From Deferribacterales bacterium (GTDB lineage Bacteria > Chrysiogenota > Deferribacteres > Deferribacterales > Geovibrionaceae): DNA of 64,000 bases. The notes beneath the pieces are model-generated. The model ran no database searches, was not told the origin of the DNA, and saw only the letters and a program-made list of their open reading frames with translations. The position numbers and the translations under genes were made by a program. Position 1 is the stretch's first letter. Each line of letters begins with the position of its first letter. The stretch spans positions 591,571-655,570 of the forward strand of contig JBFWJS010000002.1 of NCBI GenBank assembly GCA_050253075.1, in the 5' to 3' direction. Positions 11,053 to 20,214 of this stretch are shown here, in pieces.

Positions 11053-11773
11053 GAGCCCCAAGTATAAACTGAACGAGCTTATACCCAGCCACAAAGACCA
11101 GAAGAGCAAATATGCCGAGTATCACACCGAAATATATGAAGCTGTCCGGCGCTTTCAGCACCGTGCTCATCAGTGAATCCTGATAATAGAAAAACCACTT
11201 ATGCCCCTCTGGGAAGACCATTCGGTGCAGAGCGTAAAATATCGACACAAAGCCGAACTTGCTCACTGCCAGCCATAAAGCACCGCCCAGCAGAGCACCG
11301 CTCCACGCCAGAGCAGTCAGACCATACGGCCTGTAACGCCCGTATATCATAATACCGACGACAGAAAGCAGCATTATAAGCATCAGCCTCCAGAAAGACC
11401 TGAGCAGACTTATCAGATCCGCCACGTCCTGCAGGTGAACCACTTCGTCCGGTGTCAGCAGTGCTTTTTTGCCGTTTCGACCTGCGGGGTATGTTATCTC
11501 TGCGAGACCTTCGCCGTCATTTTCAACAGATTTCAGCATTTCAGAGAACATCTTCATATGTGTTCCGCTGCCGACAAATGCGAAGTCAGCCTTGCCCATT
11601 CTGTTCTGCGGGGCGAATTTCAGCACGTGTCCGTGTATGTCTGTCATCTGGTAAATAACAGGGAAGAAGAAGTAGTTAGAGTAAGAGATGTACCAGCCAG
11701 CAAAAAGAGCATAGTACACGAGCGTAGCAATAAGGAGGAGATTCAGCAGAAACCTATTCGTCGTTCTCATCAT
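11030..11773 (-). CDS. DUF1461 / Lit-like integral membrane protein
   Basis: E.VHLQDV and ALHRMVF..HKWFF motifs; four TM segments. Confidence 0.65.
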   Translation of the reverse strand: MMRTTNRFLLNLLLIATLVYYALFAGWYISYSNYFFFPVIYQMTDIHGHVLKFAPQNRMGKADFAFVGSGTHMKMFSEMLKSVENDGEGLAEITYPAGRNGKKALLTPDEVVHLQDVADLISLLRSFWRLMLIMLLSVVGIMIYGRYRPYGLTALAWSGALLGGALWLAVSKFGFVSIFYALHRMVFPEGHKWFFYYQDSLMSTVLKAPDSFIYFGVILGIFALLVFVAGYKLVQFILGALMNRFLS

Positions 11774-11942
11774 TATTAGTCTTATCTACATCCTTATCTT
11801 TTTTAGCATAATACACCAAAAAGGCTATAAAACCGGCAAGTGCGAGCAGCACCAGAACCTTCTGGATATTCATCCCCGAAGAACTGAAATGCTCATGCGC
11901 TGCGGTCAGCCTGTCGGCGGGGGTAACAGTTAAAAAATCCAT
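11754..11942 (-). CDS. Small single-TM hypothetical protein
   Basis: 62 aa, one TM helix and charged tail, GAGGG RBS, overlaps the start of the next gene. Confidence 0.5.
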   Translation of the reverse strand: MDFLTVTPADRLTAAHEHFSSSGMNIQKVLVLLALAGFIAFLVYYAKKDKDVDKTNNDENDE

Positions 11943-12097
11943 ATCAAGCCCTCTTATAAAAAGTTTATAACAAAAAGATATATTTTTAAAGCCCCACTAT
12001 TGTTTTTTCTATGAAATATGATTCGGATGGGCTAGAAAAACCTTGAACTAATATGTGGAATATGCTTTTAATATTAATTTCACAGCTTCAGGGTATT

Positions 12098-12178
12098 GTC
12101 ATCCTGAGCACCTGCGAAGGATCTGTGTAATGAGCCGTATTTCGCTTTTTCCGGATTCTTCACTCCGTTCAGAATGAC
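12098..12178. repeat. Palindromic REP/MITE-like element, GTCATCCTGAG type, in the argD leader
   Basis: GTCATCCTGAG...CGAAGGATCT / GGATTCTTC...TTCAGAATGAC. Confidence 0.85.
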
Positions 12179-12219
12179 AGCCTATATACAGGAGCTGGCA
12201 ATAAACATATAGGTGGTAT

Positions 12220-13389
12220 ATGTCCGCGATCTTTAAAAATTATTCGCGCTACCCGCTCACTTTTGTAAAGGGTGAAGGGTGCAGACTCACTGATGACAAA
12301 GGCGATACTTACATCGACTTTGGAAGCGGCATATCTGTTGTTAACCTCGGCCACTCGTTCACACCCGTGACAGAGGCAATTTGCAAACAGGCAGGCACGC
12401 TTATCCACACATCCAATTTGTACAATCTCCCTGTACAGGAGCGACTTGCGGATAAACTGAGCCGACGATCCTTTGGCGGAGACGTATTCTTCTGCAACTC
12501 CGGTATGGAGGCAAACGAGGCAGCCCTTAAACTGGCACGTATATACGGCAACACCCACTACGAAGGCAAAAGGCTGAGAGTGATAACGCTGGAAAACTCT
12601 TTCCACGGACGCTCATACATGACACTCTCTGCCACAGGGCAGGAAAAGGTTAAAAAAGGATTCGAGCCGGTGGCCGACTTCTTTAACCATATCCCAGTGA
12701 ACGACTTCTCAGCTTTTAAAGCGGAAGCGGACAAGGGCGATGTGGTGGCTTTCATGCTGGAGCTCGTACAGGGCGAAGGCGGACTTGAAGCCGTTAATGC
12801 CGAATATCTGAAAGAGTGCGCCGATTACTGCAAGGAAAAAGGCATCCTGCTCATCTTCGATGAAATACAGACAGCCTTTTGCAGGACAGGAACATTCTTC
12901 GCATATGAGCAGTACGGCATAGAGCCTGATGTGATCACATTGGCGAAGGGTATAGCGAACGGCGTCCCTATGGGCGCAATGATAGCAAAGCCCGAAGTGG
13001 CAAAATTTCTCGCACCGGGCACACACGGCACGACATTCGGCGGAAACATGCTCGCATGCGCCGCAGCGGATGCTGTGTTTGAAACGATGAATGCAGACGG
13101 CTTCCTCGAAAGCGTTGCCGACAAGGGCGCATACATGCGTGAGGCTCTGGAGAACATCTTCGAAGGCTCTGACGTCACAGTCAGGGGCATCGGCATGATG
13201 CTCGGGGTGAAAGTACCGGGCAAGCAGAAGGAATTCATCGCTAAAGCTATGGAAAATAAGATTTTGTTCGTTCCCGCAGGGAATGACGTGGTGCGTATAT
13301 ACGCTCCTCTTAATATATCTCAGGAAGACCTCGACACGGGGCTCGAACTGATAAGCAAAACCGCCTCAGACCTGGGGCTGGGAGGCTGA
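12220..13389 (+). CDS. argD: Acetylornithine aminotransferase
   Basis: NSGMEANEAA, FHGRS, DEIQT, LAKG, HGTTFGGN; precedes argF and argG. Confidence 0.95.
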   Translation: MSAIFKNYSRYPLTFVKGEGCRLTDDKGDTYIDFGSGISVVNLGHSFTPVTEAICKQAGTLIHTSNLYNLPVQERLADKLSRRSFGGDVFFCNSGMEANEAALKLARIYGNTHYEGKRLRVITLENSFHGRSYMTLSATGQEKVKKGFEPVADFFNHIPVNDFSAFKAEADKGDVVAFMLELVQGEGGLEAVNAEYLKECADYCKEKGILLIFDEIQTAFCRTGTFFAYEQYGIEPDVITLAKGIANGVPMGAMIAKPEVAKFLAPGTHGTTFGGNMLACAAADAVFETMNADGFLESVADKGAYMREALENIFEGSDVTVRGIGMMLGVKVPGKQKEFIAKAMENKILFVPAGNDVVRIYAPLNISQEDLDTGLELISKTASDLGLGG

Positions 13390-13390
13390 T

Positions 13391-14311
13391 ATGAAGAGAG
13401 ATTTTCTCACACTGAAGGACTTCAGCTCCGACGAGCTGAAAGATATGATACAGACAGCCATCAGGCTGAAAGCCGAGAATAAGAATGGTATAACACACCA
13501 TCATCTCGCAGGTAAAAAGCTCGCTATGATCTTCGAAAAACCGTCCACAAGGACACGTGTTTCCTTCGAGGTCGGCTTTTACGAGCTGGGCGGACACCCG
13601 CTCTACCTCAGCAGCAACGACATACAGCTAGGCAGAGGCGAAACAGTGAAAGACACTGCACGCACACTCTCCAGATTTGTCGACGGCATCATGATACGTA
13701 CAAAGGGTCATGATATAATAGAAGAGCTTGCAGAGTATGCCACAGTGCCCGTCATCAACGGTCTCACAGACGACTTCCACCCTTGTCAGGTAATGGCAGA
13801 CGTTCAGACCATATACGAGCACCTCGGCACATACGATGTGAAAGTAGCCTTCATCGGCGACGGAAACAACATGGCGCAGAGCTGGCTTTACGGTGCGGCT
13901 AAATTCGGCATGGATATATCCGTAGCATCTCCGGAGGGTTACGAATGCAAACCTCATGTGGTTAAATCCGCAGTAGAGGCAGCTAAGAGCACAGGTTCAA
14001 AAATAGAGCTCGTGCGTGACCCATATGAAGCTGTCAGAGGTGCAGATATCATCTATACTGATGTATGGGCCAGCATGGGACAGGAAGCAGAAAAGGAAGC
14101 ACGCAAGAAGATATTCGCAGGCTATCAGGTCAATGCCGACCTCATGGCTGCCACAGGCAAGAAGACGCTCTTCATGCACTGCCTCCCTGCATACATGGGG
14201 CTAGAGGTCACAGAGGACGTTTACGAATCTGAGGCTTCCATCGTCTGGGACGAAGCAGAGAACAGGCTGCACGCTCAGAAAGCTATCATGCTCGCCGTAT
14301 TCGGCAAGTAA
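13391..14311 (+). CDS. argF: Ornithine carbamoyltransferase
   Basis: STRTR, HPCQ, WASMG, HCLP. Confidence 0.98.
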   Translation: MKRDFLTLKDFSSDELKDMIQTAIRLKAENKNGITHHHLAGKKLAMIFEKPSTRTRVSFEVGFYELGGHPLYLSSNDIQLGRGETVKDTARTLSRFVDGIMIRTKGHDIIEELAEYATVPVINGLTDDFHPCQVMADVQTIYEHLGTYDVKVAFIGDGNNMAQSWLYGAAKFGMDISVASPEGYECKPHVVKSAVEAAKSTGSKIELVRDPYEAVRGADIIYTDVWASMGQEAEKEARKKIFAGYQVNADLMAATGKKTLFMHCLPAYMGLEVTEDVYESEASIVWDEAENRLHAQKAIMLAVFGK

Positions 14312-14320
14312 GCGTTTAAG

Positions 14321-14406
14321 GTCATTGCGAGCAAAGCGAAGCAATCTTCCAAGTACATTAACGTAAAAGTATTGGAAGATCACTTCGACTAAAGCCCCGT
14401 GATGAC
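14321..14406. repeat. Palindromic REP/MITE-like element, GTCATTGCGAG type
   Basis: GTCATTGCGAGCAAAGCGAAGCAATCTTCCAA / TTGGAAGATCACTTCG...CGTGATGAC. Confidence 0.8.
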
Positions 14407-14450
14407 GCATATGGATAATATAAATATATAATTCTCACAAGGAGATAAAA

Positions 14451-15662
14451 ATGGCAAAAGACAAAGTGGTTCTCGCCTATTCAGGCGGTCTGGACACATC
14501 AGTTATCCTGAAATGGCTCCAGCTTAAAGGTTATGACGTTGTAGCATACGTGGCAGACCTCGGTCAGCTTCCGGATGTTGAAGCTATCCGTGAGAAAGCA
14601 ATGAAGTCCGGCGCAGTAGATTTCTACGCTCTCGACCTTCAGGAAGAATTTGTCAAAGATTTCGTGTACCCTGCGGTTAAGTTTAACGCCCTTTACGAAG
14701 GACGCTACTACCTCGGTACTTCTCTGGCACGTCCTATCATCACAAAAGGTATGGTGGACGTAGCTAATAAAACAGGTGCGAAATTCCTCGCACACGGCGC
14801 AACAGGCAAAGGTAACGACCAGGTTCGCTTCGAGCTTTCCGCTGCCAGCCTGAACCCTAAACTTAAAACTATCGTCCCATGGCGTATCCCTGAGTTCTTT
14901 AACAAGATCAAAGGACGTAAGGAAGCTATGGAATTTGCAGAAGAGCACGGCATCCCCGTTAAAGCTACTGTAAGCCAGCCGTGGAGCTCTGATGACAACC
15001 TGCTCCACATCAGCTTTGAAGCAGGTATCCTCGAAGACCCTGCTATGCGCCCTCCAAAGGAAATGTTCGAATACACAACAGACCCTAAGGACGCACCAAA
15101 CGAAGCAGAGATCATCGAGCTCGAATTTGCTCAGGGCGAGGCTGTTAAGCTCAACGGCGAAAAACTCTCTCCTGCAGAAATGCTGAAAGCACTTAACAAA
15201 ATAGGCGGAAAGCACGGTATCGGACGTGTGGACATGGTAGAGAGCAGATACGTGGGTATGAAATCACGCGGTGTTTACGAGACGCCAGGCGGAACAATAC
15301 TTTACGCTGCACACAGAGACCTCGAAGCACTCACTCTCGACGGCGGTACTATCAACCTGAAAGAGACACTGATGCCTCGCTTCGCTACACTGGTATACAA
15401 CGGATACTGGTACTGTCCTGAGATGGATGCTATGATGGCACTCCTTAATAAGACTCAGGAATTCGTTTCAGGTAAAGTTAAACTTGAGCTCTACAAAGGA
15501 AACATCACATGTATCGGACGTGAGTCTGAATACTCACTCTACGACATGAAAGTGGTTTCCATGGAAGATGATGAGGGAGCTTACGATCAGACAGACGCAG
15601 CAGGATTTATCAAACTGCACGCTCTGCCTCTGAAAGCTCACGCTCACCGCGCGAAGAAATAG
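14451..15662 (+). CDS. argG: Argininosuccinate synthase
   Basis: AYSGGLDTS, HGATGKGNDQVRF, KSRGVYETP. Confidence 0.98.
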   Translation: MAKDKVVLAYSGGLDTSVILKWLQLKGYDVVAYVADLGQLPDVEAIREKAMKSGAVDFYALDLQEEFVKDFVYPAVKFNALYEGRYYLGTSLARPIITKGMVDVANKTGAKFLAHGATGKGNDQVRFELSAASLNPKLKTIVPWRIPEFFNKIKGRKEAMEFAEEHGIPVKATVSQPWSSDDNLLHISFEAGILEDPAMRPPKEMFEYTTDPKDAPNEAEIIELEFAQGEAVKLNGEKLSPAEMLKALNKIGGKHGIGRVDMVESRYVGMKSRGVYETPGGTILYAAHRDLEALTLDGGTINLKETLMPRFATLVYNGYWYCPEMDAMMALLNKTQEFVSGKVKLELYKGNITCIGRESEYSLYDMKVVSMEDDEGAYDQTDAAGFIKLHALPLKAHAHRAKK

Positions 15663-15749
15663 CACTTCAGGCGGAGCACTATACTGTGACCGTAAGCAGA
15701 GAGCCGTATTTTACGCTCCCGCCGGTCGCTTACTAATGACTATATTTGC

Positions 15750-15811
15750 GTCATTCTGAGGAAGCATTACGAAGAATCTGAACACAGATCCTTCGCTAAG
15801 CTCTGGATGAC
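15750..15811. repeat. Short palindromic REP/MITE-like element, GTCATTCTGAG type
   Basis: GTCATTCTGAG...CGAAGAATCT / AGATCCTTCG...CTCTGGATGAC. Confidence 0.8.
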
Positions 15812-15831
15812 AATAACAGGAGTTTTGATAC

Positions 15832-16704
15832 ATGTATTTTCAGGATGTGATACTGAATCTTCAGAAATTCTGGGCTGAGAGAGGTTGTATAATCTATCAG
15901 CCTTACGACATAGAAGTCGGTGCGGGTACATTCAATCCTGCGACATTCCTTAAGTGCCTCGGTCCCGAGCCGTGGAACGTTGCTTATGTTGAGCCTAGCC
16001 GCCGCCCCACAGACGGACGCTACGGCGAAAACCCTAACAGACTTCAGCACTACTACCAGTTTCAGGTTATCCTGAAGCCTTCACCGGACAACATTCAGGA
16101 GCTCTACCTTGAGTCTCTGAAAACACTCGGAGTAGACCCGAAAGACCACGACATCAGATTTGTCGAGGACGACTGGGAATCACCTACACTCGGTGCTTGG
16201 GGTCTCGGATGGGAAGTATGGCTGGACGGTATGGAGATCACTCAGTTCACATATTTTCAGCAGGCGGGCGGTATCGACCTGAAACCTGTTTCAGGCGAGA
16301 TAACATACGGTCTGGAGCGTATCACTATGTACCTTCAGGGTGTCGAGTCCGTTTACGACCTTAAGTGGAACAAAAACGTGACATACGGCGATGTTTACCA
16401 CGCTAATGAGGTTCAGTACTCTGCACACAACTTCGAGCACGCTGATGTTGACATGCTCTTCAAGCTGTTCGAAATGTATGAAAAAGAGTGCATCAGCATA
16501 AACGGAAAAGGGCTCCCCCTCCCCGCTTATGACTACTGTCTGAAATGCAGCCACACGTTCAACCTGCTCGACGCACGTAACGCTATATCCGTTACAGAGC
16601 GTACGGGCTACATCGCTCGTGTGCGTAACCTCGCAAAGATGTGCGCTGAAAACTATCTGAAACACAGAGAAGAACTCGGCTTCCCACTACTTAAAGATAA
16701 ATAA
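15832..16704 (+). CDS. glyQ: Glycyl-tRNA synthetase alpha subunit
   Basis: [41 protein letters not shown]. Confidence 0.99.
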   Translation: MYFQDVILNLQKFWAERGCIIYQPYDIEVGAGTFNPATFLKCLGPEPWNVAYVEPSRRPTDGRYGENPNRLQHYYQFQVILKPSPDNIQELYLESLKTLGVDPKDHDIRFVEDDWESPTLGAWGLGWEVWLDGMEITQFTYFQQAGGIDLKPVSGEITYGLERITMYLQGVESVYDLKWNKNVTYGDVYHANEVQYSAHNFEHADVDMLFKLFEMYEKECISINGKGLPLPAYDYCLKCSHTFNLLDARNAISVTERTGYIARVRNLAKMCAENYLKHREELGFPLLKDK

Positions 16705-16706
16705 AT

Positions 16707-16762
16707 GTCACTGCGAGGAAGCTCACAGAGCTGACGCGGCAGTCCTAGCCCCCGAGCATGAC
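16707..16762. repeat. Internally deleted/degenerate REP-like element
   Basis: GTCACTGCGAGG...GCGGCAGTC left arm; remnant right end GCATGAC. Confidence 0.6.
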
Positions 16763-16778
16763 AGATAGCACTAATAAT

Positions 16779-16806
16779 AAAAAGCCCCTCAACTGAGGGG
16801 CTTTTC
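16779..16806. terminator. Bidirectional intrinsic terminator after glyQ
   Basis: AAAAGCCCCTCA-AC-TGAGGGGCTTTT. Confidence 0.85.
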
Positions 16807-16831
16807 TGTTTCTATACTATCTTTATTAATA

Positions 16832-16964
16832 GTCATTCTGAGCCTGTACACAGGCGTAAGAATCTAAAGCTATTGCTTATCAAACTCTAAAGCCACAGTG
16901 ACTTTAAGATCTCAATTATCAAAAGGTATCAGACTCTCACGTCGCTAACGCTCCTCAGAGTGAC
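16832..16964. repeat. Palindromic REP/MITE-like element, GTCATTCTGAG type
   Basis: GTCATTCTGAG...GTAAGAATCT / AGACTCTCAC...CTCAGAGTGAC. Confidence 0.8.
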
Positions 16965-17005
16965 GGTTATTCGATTGGGGAGCTTTTCTGTTTCTATACT
17001 ATCTT

Positions 17006-17085
17006 GTCATCCTGAGGTTTATACCGAAGGATCTGACCACATCTTTCCTATTGTAGTTCATATTCTTCGTTTCACTCAGAATGAC
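17006..17085. repeat. Palindromic REP/MITE-like element, GTCATCCTGAG type
   Basis: GTCATCCTGAG...CGAAGGATCT / ATATTCTTCG...CTCAGAATGAC. Confidence 0.8.
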
Positions 17086-17094
17086 CAATTGATT

Positions 17095-17625
17095 TTAATC
17101 TTCTTTATAAAGGCTGAGGTAGCCGTCTCCATAGAGGTATACCACGTGCATGTCGGCAAAGGCGGGTGCGTTCTCTTCCTCCAGAGCCAGCAGAAGCTGG
17201 TATGTCTGCCCCGCTATGGAGAGCAGAGTGAGCAGTCCGTCACGTATCTCGCTGTCTTCGTTCAGCAGTTTATTGATCTTTCTGATGTCCTTTCGGGCCC
17301 CCTTCACCTGAATGCGGTTTCCGCTTTTGGCGGTGTCTATTTCGAATGAAGGCTCGTTGGTCAGACCGTTCATATTAAGGAGAAACTCCATCCTGTCGCG
17401 TAAATAGGAAGAGAATTCCATAATGTTTTCCAGACTGGGAAGAAATGACTCGATGTCATAGTCTATCACTTCTTCGTTTACGGCGAGGTTTTCCAGCCTG
17501 TCCAGATCCTCGAAAGCAGTGAGTGTATTTAATAAAACAGCCGATGCATCAATGTCTTGAGCTACTGTATAGCTATGCTGATGTCCGCTGTTGTTACCGT
17601 TAAAGTTAGAAAAATCGTGATCCAT
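17095..17625 (-). CDS. Acidic hypothetical protein, paralog 4 of tandem family
   Basis: NGLTNEPSFEI...VKGARKD..I.KLLNEDSE motif shared with the three upstream ORFs; GAGGTG RBS. Confidence 0.8.
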   Translation of the reverse strand: MDHDFSNFNGNNSGHQHSYTVAQDIDASAVLLNTLTAFEDLDRLENLAVNEEVIDYDIESFLPSLENIMEFSSYLRDRMEFLLNMNGLTNEPSFEIDTAKSGNRIQVKGARKDIRKINKLLNEDSEIRDGLLTLLSIAGQTYQLLLALEEENAPAFADMHVVYLYGDGYLSLYKED

Positions 17626-17648
17626 AACGCACCTCTTACTCTGTAAAA

Positions 17649-17664
17649 AGCAAGAGGCGCGCCA
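17649..17664 (-). promoter_or_regulatory. Sigma54 (-24/-12) promoter
   Basis: Minus strand TGGCGCGCCTCTTGCT = GG-N10-GC, about 25 nt upstream of the ORF start at 17625. Confidence 0.7.
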
Positions 17665-17676
17665 GTTTTTAAATGA

Positions 17677-18285
17677 TTATAATGAATAAGTTTTTCCGTC
17701 CGATAAAATGTCGATGCCTTCACCGTATCTTATGGATGGCTTATGGTCTGATCTGTTCTCGTCAAAGAGAAAGGCATATCTGTCGAAAAGGTCTTCTGCA
17801 TCATCGCCCGCAGCGTATTCCCCCTGAAAAGCAAGGGTCTCCGCCATGTTTATGATGTCAGATGCGACATTCATTGCGCCCTTGATAAAGTTCACAATAT
17901 CTGAGTCGCTGTTGATCATCTCGGCTATCTGCTCGATGTCCTCTCTGTCCCCCGTGACAACAACCTCAGTCTTTGTATAGCTGTAGGATATCTCTACCAG
18001 CGGGTTCCTCGGGATGCCGTTTTTCATAAACAGCCTGTCGAGCATGTAGTCGAGCCTTTCGGATATCTCCTTCAGGCTGTCGAACTCTGTTATCGGGTTT
18101 TCTGTTCCATAGACGGCTGTACCTGTGACGCTCACCTGCTTGATGGATATCTGAGTATTTCCTTCGCTCATCATCTCCATCAGGGCTTCTTCAAAGGCTT
18201 CGCTGTCGCCGGATTTTTTCTCACTGCATTTGCCAAAGCCCATATCGGCTGCGGCATTGCCGTTTACCATAAACGGGAAATTCAC
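17677..18285 (-). CDS. Acidic hypothetical protein, paralog 3 of tandem family
   Basis: NGIPRNPLVEISYS...VTGDREDIEQIAEMINSDS; GTG start overlaps the upstream stop. Confidence 0.85.
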   Translation of the reverse strand: MNFPFMVNGNAAADMGFGKCSEKKSGDSEAFEEALMEMMSEGNTQISIKQVSVTGTAVYGTENPITEFDSLKEISERLDYMLDRLFMKNGIPRNPLVEISYSYTKTEVVVTGDREDIEQIAEMINSDSDIVNFIKGAMNVASDIINMAETLAFQGEYAAGDDAEDLFDRYAFLFDENRSDHKPSIRYGEGIDILSDGKTYSL

Positions 18286-18911
18286 GCATCACCTCCGCTA
18301 TTTATAAAATCATAAAGCTCGGAATACACCTGACCGTCAGACAAAAGTGCAGGCTCGGAGCCATACATGTAAGACGCTTTTGCATTCACCTTATTATCGT
18401 TGAAGAGGTAGGCATACTTGGCGACAACAGCCTCGGGATTGTTACTATTGCGGTATTCTTCCTGAAACTTTATAGACTCCTGTATGGCCATAGCCGTCTC
18501 GGAGATCGCCAGATATGTACGGGTATATTCCTTCATCTCAGGGTCAGAGTTTATCAGCTCTTCGATCTCGGCTGCGTCCTCTCTGTTCCCTATCACTTTG
18601 ACCTTATTATCAGCATATGAATATGACAGCTCCACAGGCGGATTCTTGCTGATGCCGTTCTCTTTATAGAGATTGTCCATCAGCTCGTTCATCCCCTTTG
18701 TCAGCATAGCCACATTCCCCATGGAGGGTAATAACAGCTCAGAGTCTAAGAGCCCTGTCTTCGTGGTGTCCATGTCGGATTTATCAAATGATATCTCGCC
18801 GTTTTCAGACATCTCTGCCAGAGCATCGTCAAAGCTGACATAGTCCGCATTGACGTTTACCGAGGACTGCTGAGCAACATATGTGCTGTGTTCGGATGAT
18901 GTTACATACAT
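18282..18911 (-). CDS. Acidic hypothetical protein, paralog 2 of tandem family
   Basis: NGISKNPPVELSYS...VIGNREDAAEIEELINSDP. Confidence 0.85.
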   Translation of the reverse strand: MYVTSSEHSTYVAQQSSVNVNADYVSFDDALAEMSENGEISFDKSDMDTTKTGLLDSELLLPSMGNVAMLTKGMNELMDNLYKENGISKNPPVELSYSYADNKVKVIGNREDAAEIEELINSDPEMKEYTRTYLAISETAMAIQESIKFQEEYRNSNNPEAVVAKYAYLFNDNKVNAKASYMYGSEPALLSDGQVYSELYDFINSGGDA

Positions 18912-18921
18912 GCCGTACCCC

Positions 18922-19911
18922 TTATGCGCTTTTCACTACTGAATCAGATGCGTCTTCTGCATCTTCAGTGTCGATGTTGTTAAGGGAATTTTTGTTCTCT
19001 GCTTCCTCTTCTCTGTACATCTTCATGCTGTAGCTTTCGATGGCCATGGCGTATTTGTTCTTATCAGTTCCGTGATTGAACATAGCCGCCGCCCTCGTGC
19101 GCTCGATACTCAGCATAAGCTGCTGATATGATGTGAGTGCGTCTGTCTCATCCGCATTCTCATCAACATCATCGGCTGCTTCCTCGCTTGCGCCGTTATC
19201 GTCACGGGCTGCTGCTTTTGTTTTCTTCTCTTCCTCTTCCTCCGGGTCTAGCTGGAGAAAGACCATAAGCATCAGTTCCTTGATCTTTTCGAAAAGTTTT
19301 TTGAGCTCTTCGGATTCGGCGGCTTCCGCATCGGCAGCTTCATAGATCTCTTGTGCAGCACCGAGAGGTCTGTCTGTGGTCACGGACGTTTTTGTACCGT
19401 AAATCAAACCGACTGTCGGCGGAGGCTCTTCGAGCGAGTCCATATAGTCTTTGTACTTAAAGATATTATCAGCGATAGTGACCAGCATCTGAGCTTTATC
19501 AAGGGAGGCTTTCAGCTCTTCCTTGAGCTCACTGTCACCGTTAATAAGCTCGGCTATCCTGTCTGTGTCTTCTCTGTCGCCCTTTACGGTTATCTCATCA
19601 GACACGGCATCATACCCCAGCTCCACAGGCGGGTCTTTGGGCAGACCGTTAGCATCGAAAAATCCGCTAAGGGTTCCTTTCAGTTCCTGAAGGATCGATT
19701 CCATAGTGACAAGCTGAGAGACAAGCTCTTCCGCCTGCTCTTTGATATAGCCGTCATTTTCGGTGGAAGATTTTTCCGCCTCAGAAACTTCGTTCATAAC
19801 TTCATCAAGTGTGTCGGCAAATGATGTTTCCGCTGTATACCCCTGTCTCTGGGCATTTGCGGTTTGCGTCGAAGGTGATATACTGTCAGATACCACGACT
19901 GCGTTATTCAT
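18922..19911 (-). CDS. Acidic hypothetical protein, paralog 1 of tandem family (with C-terminal extension)
   Basis: NGLPKDPPVELGYD...VKGDREDTDRIAELINGDS; GGAGGTG RBS. Confidence 0.85.
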   Translation of the reverse strand: MNNAVVVSDSISPSTQTANAQRQGYTAETSFADTLDEVMNEVSEAEKSSTENDGYIKEQAEELVSQLVTMESILQELKGTLSGFFDANGLPKDPPVELGYDAVSDEITVKGDREDTDRIAELINGDSELKEELKASLDKAQMLVTIADNIFKYKDYMDSLEEPPPTVGLIYGTKTSVTTDRPLGAAQEIYEAADAEAAESEELKKLFEKIKELMLMVFLQLDPEEEEEKKTKAAARDDNGASEEAADDVDENADETDALTSYQQLMLSIERTRAAAMFNHGTDKNKYAMAIESYSMKMYREEEAENKNSLNNIDTEDAEDASDSVVKSA

Positions 19912-19935
19912 GGCTCACCTCCTTTCACATCTAGT

Positions 19936-19951
19936 AGCAAGAAGTAAACCA
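19936..19951 (-). promoter_or_regulatory. Sigma54 (-24/-12) promoter
   Basis: Minus strand TGGTTTACTTCTTGCT = GG-N10-GC, about 25 nt upstream of the ATG at 19911 (same spacing as the site at 17649). Confidence 0.6.
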
Positions 19952-20050
19952 CAAAAAATACAAAATTTTTCCTTATTTCATTCAGAAGAGGCCGAGGCCT
20001 GAAAGACCCCGGCATTATTTATGCGTGGATGAATGAGCAAATCACAGCTT

Positions 20051-20214
20051 TAGAGCATGAAAGTCATTGCGAGAAAGCCAGAGGCTGACGAAGCAATCTT
20101 AGGGTTAAGATTTTACTAAGACTAGCTCGGCAATAACCATCATGGACTCGTACAGCCTTCGGCTAGTGCCACAGCCCTACGGGCTTCGCAGTGACGCTTT
20201 TTGCATATGCTCTA
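20051..20214. mobile_element. Composite MITE: TAGAGCAT...ATGCTCTA termini with apparent TA duplication, enclosing a GTCATTGCGAG...TTCGCAGTGAC element (20063-20195)
   Basis: Terminal inverted repeats are visible; removing the element restores the palindrome CACAGC-TTTA-GCTGTG. Confidence 0.65.

Noticed and set aside
16960..17349. 129-aa + strand ORF
   Set aside because: Runs through a palindromic element and antisense to paralog 4; no recognisable protein features
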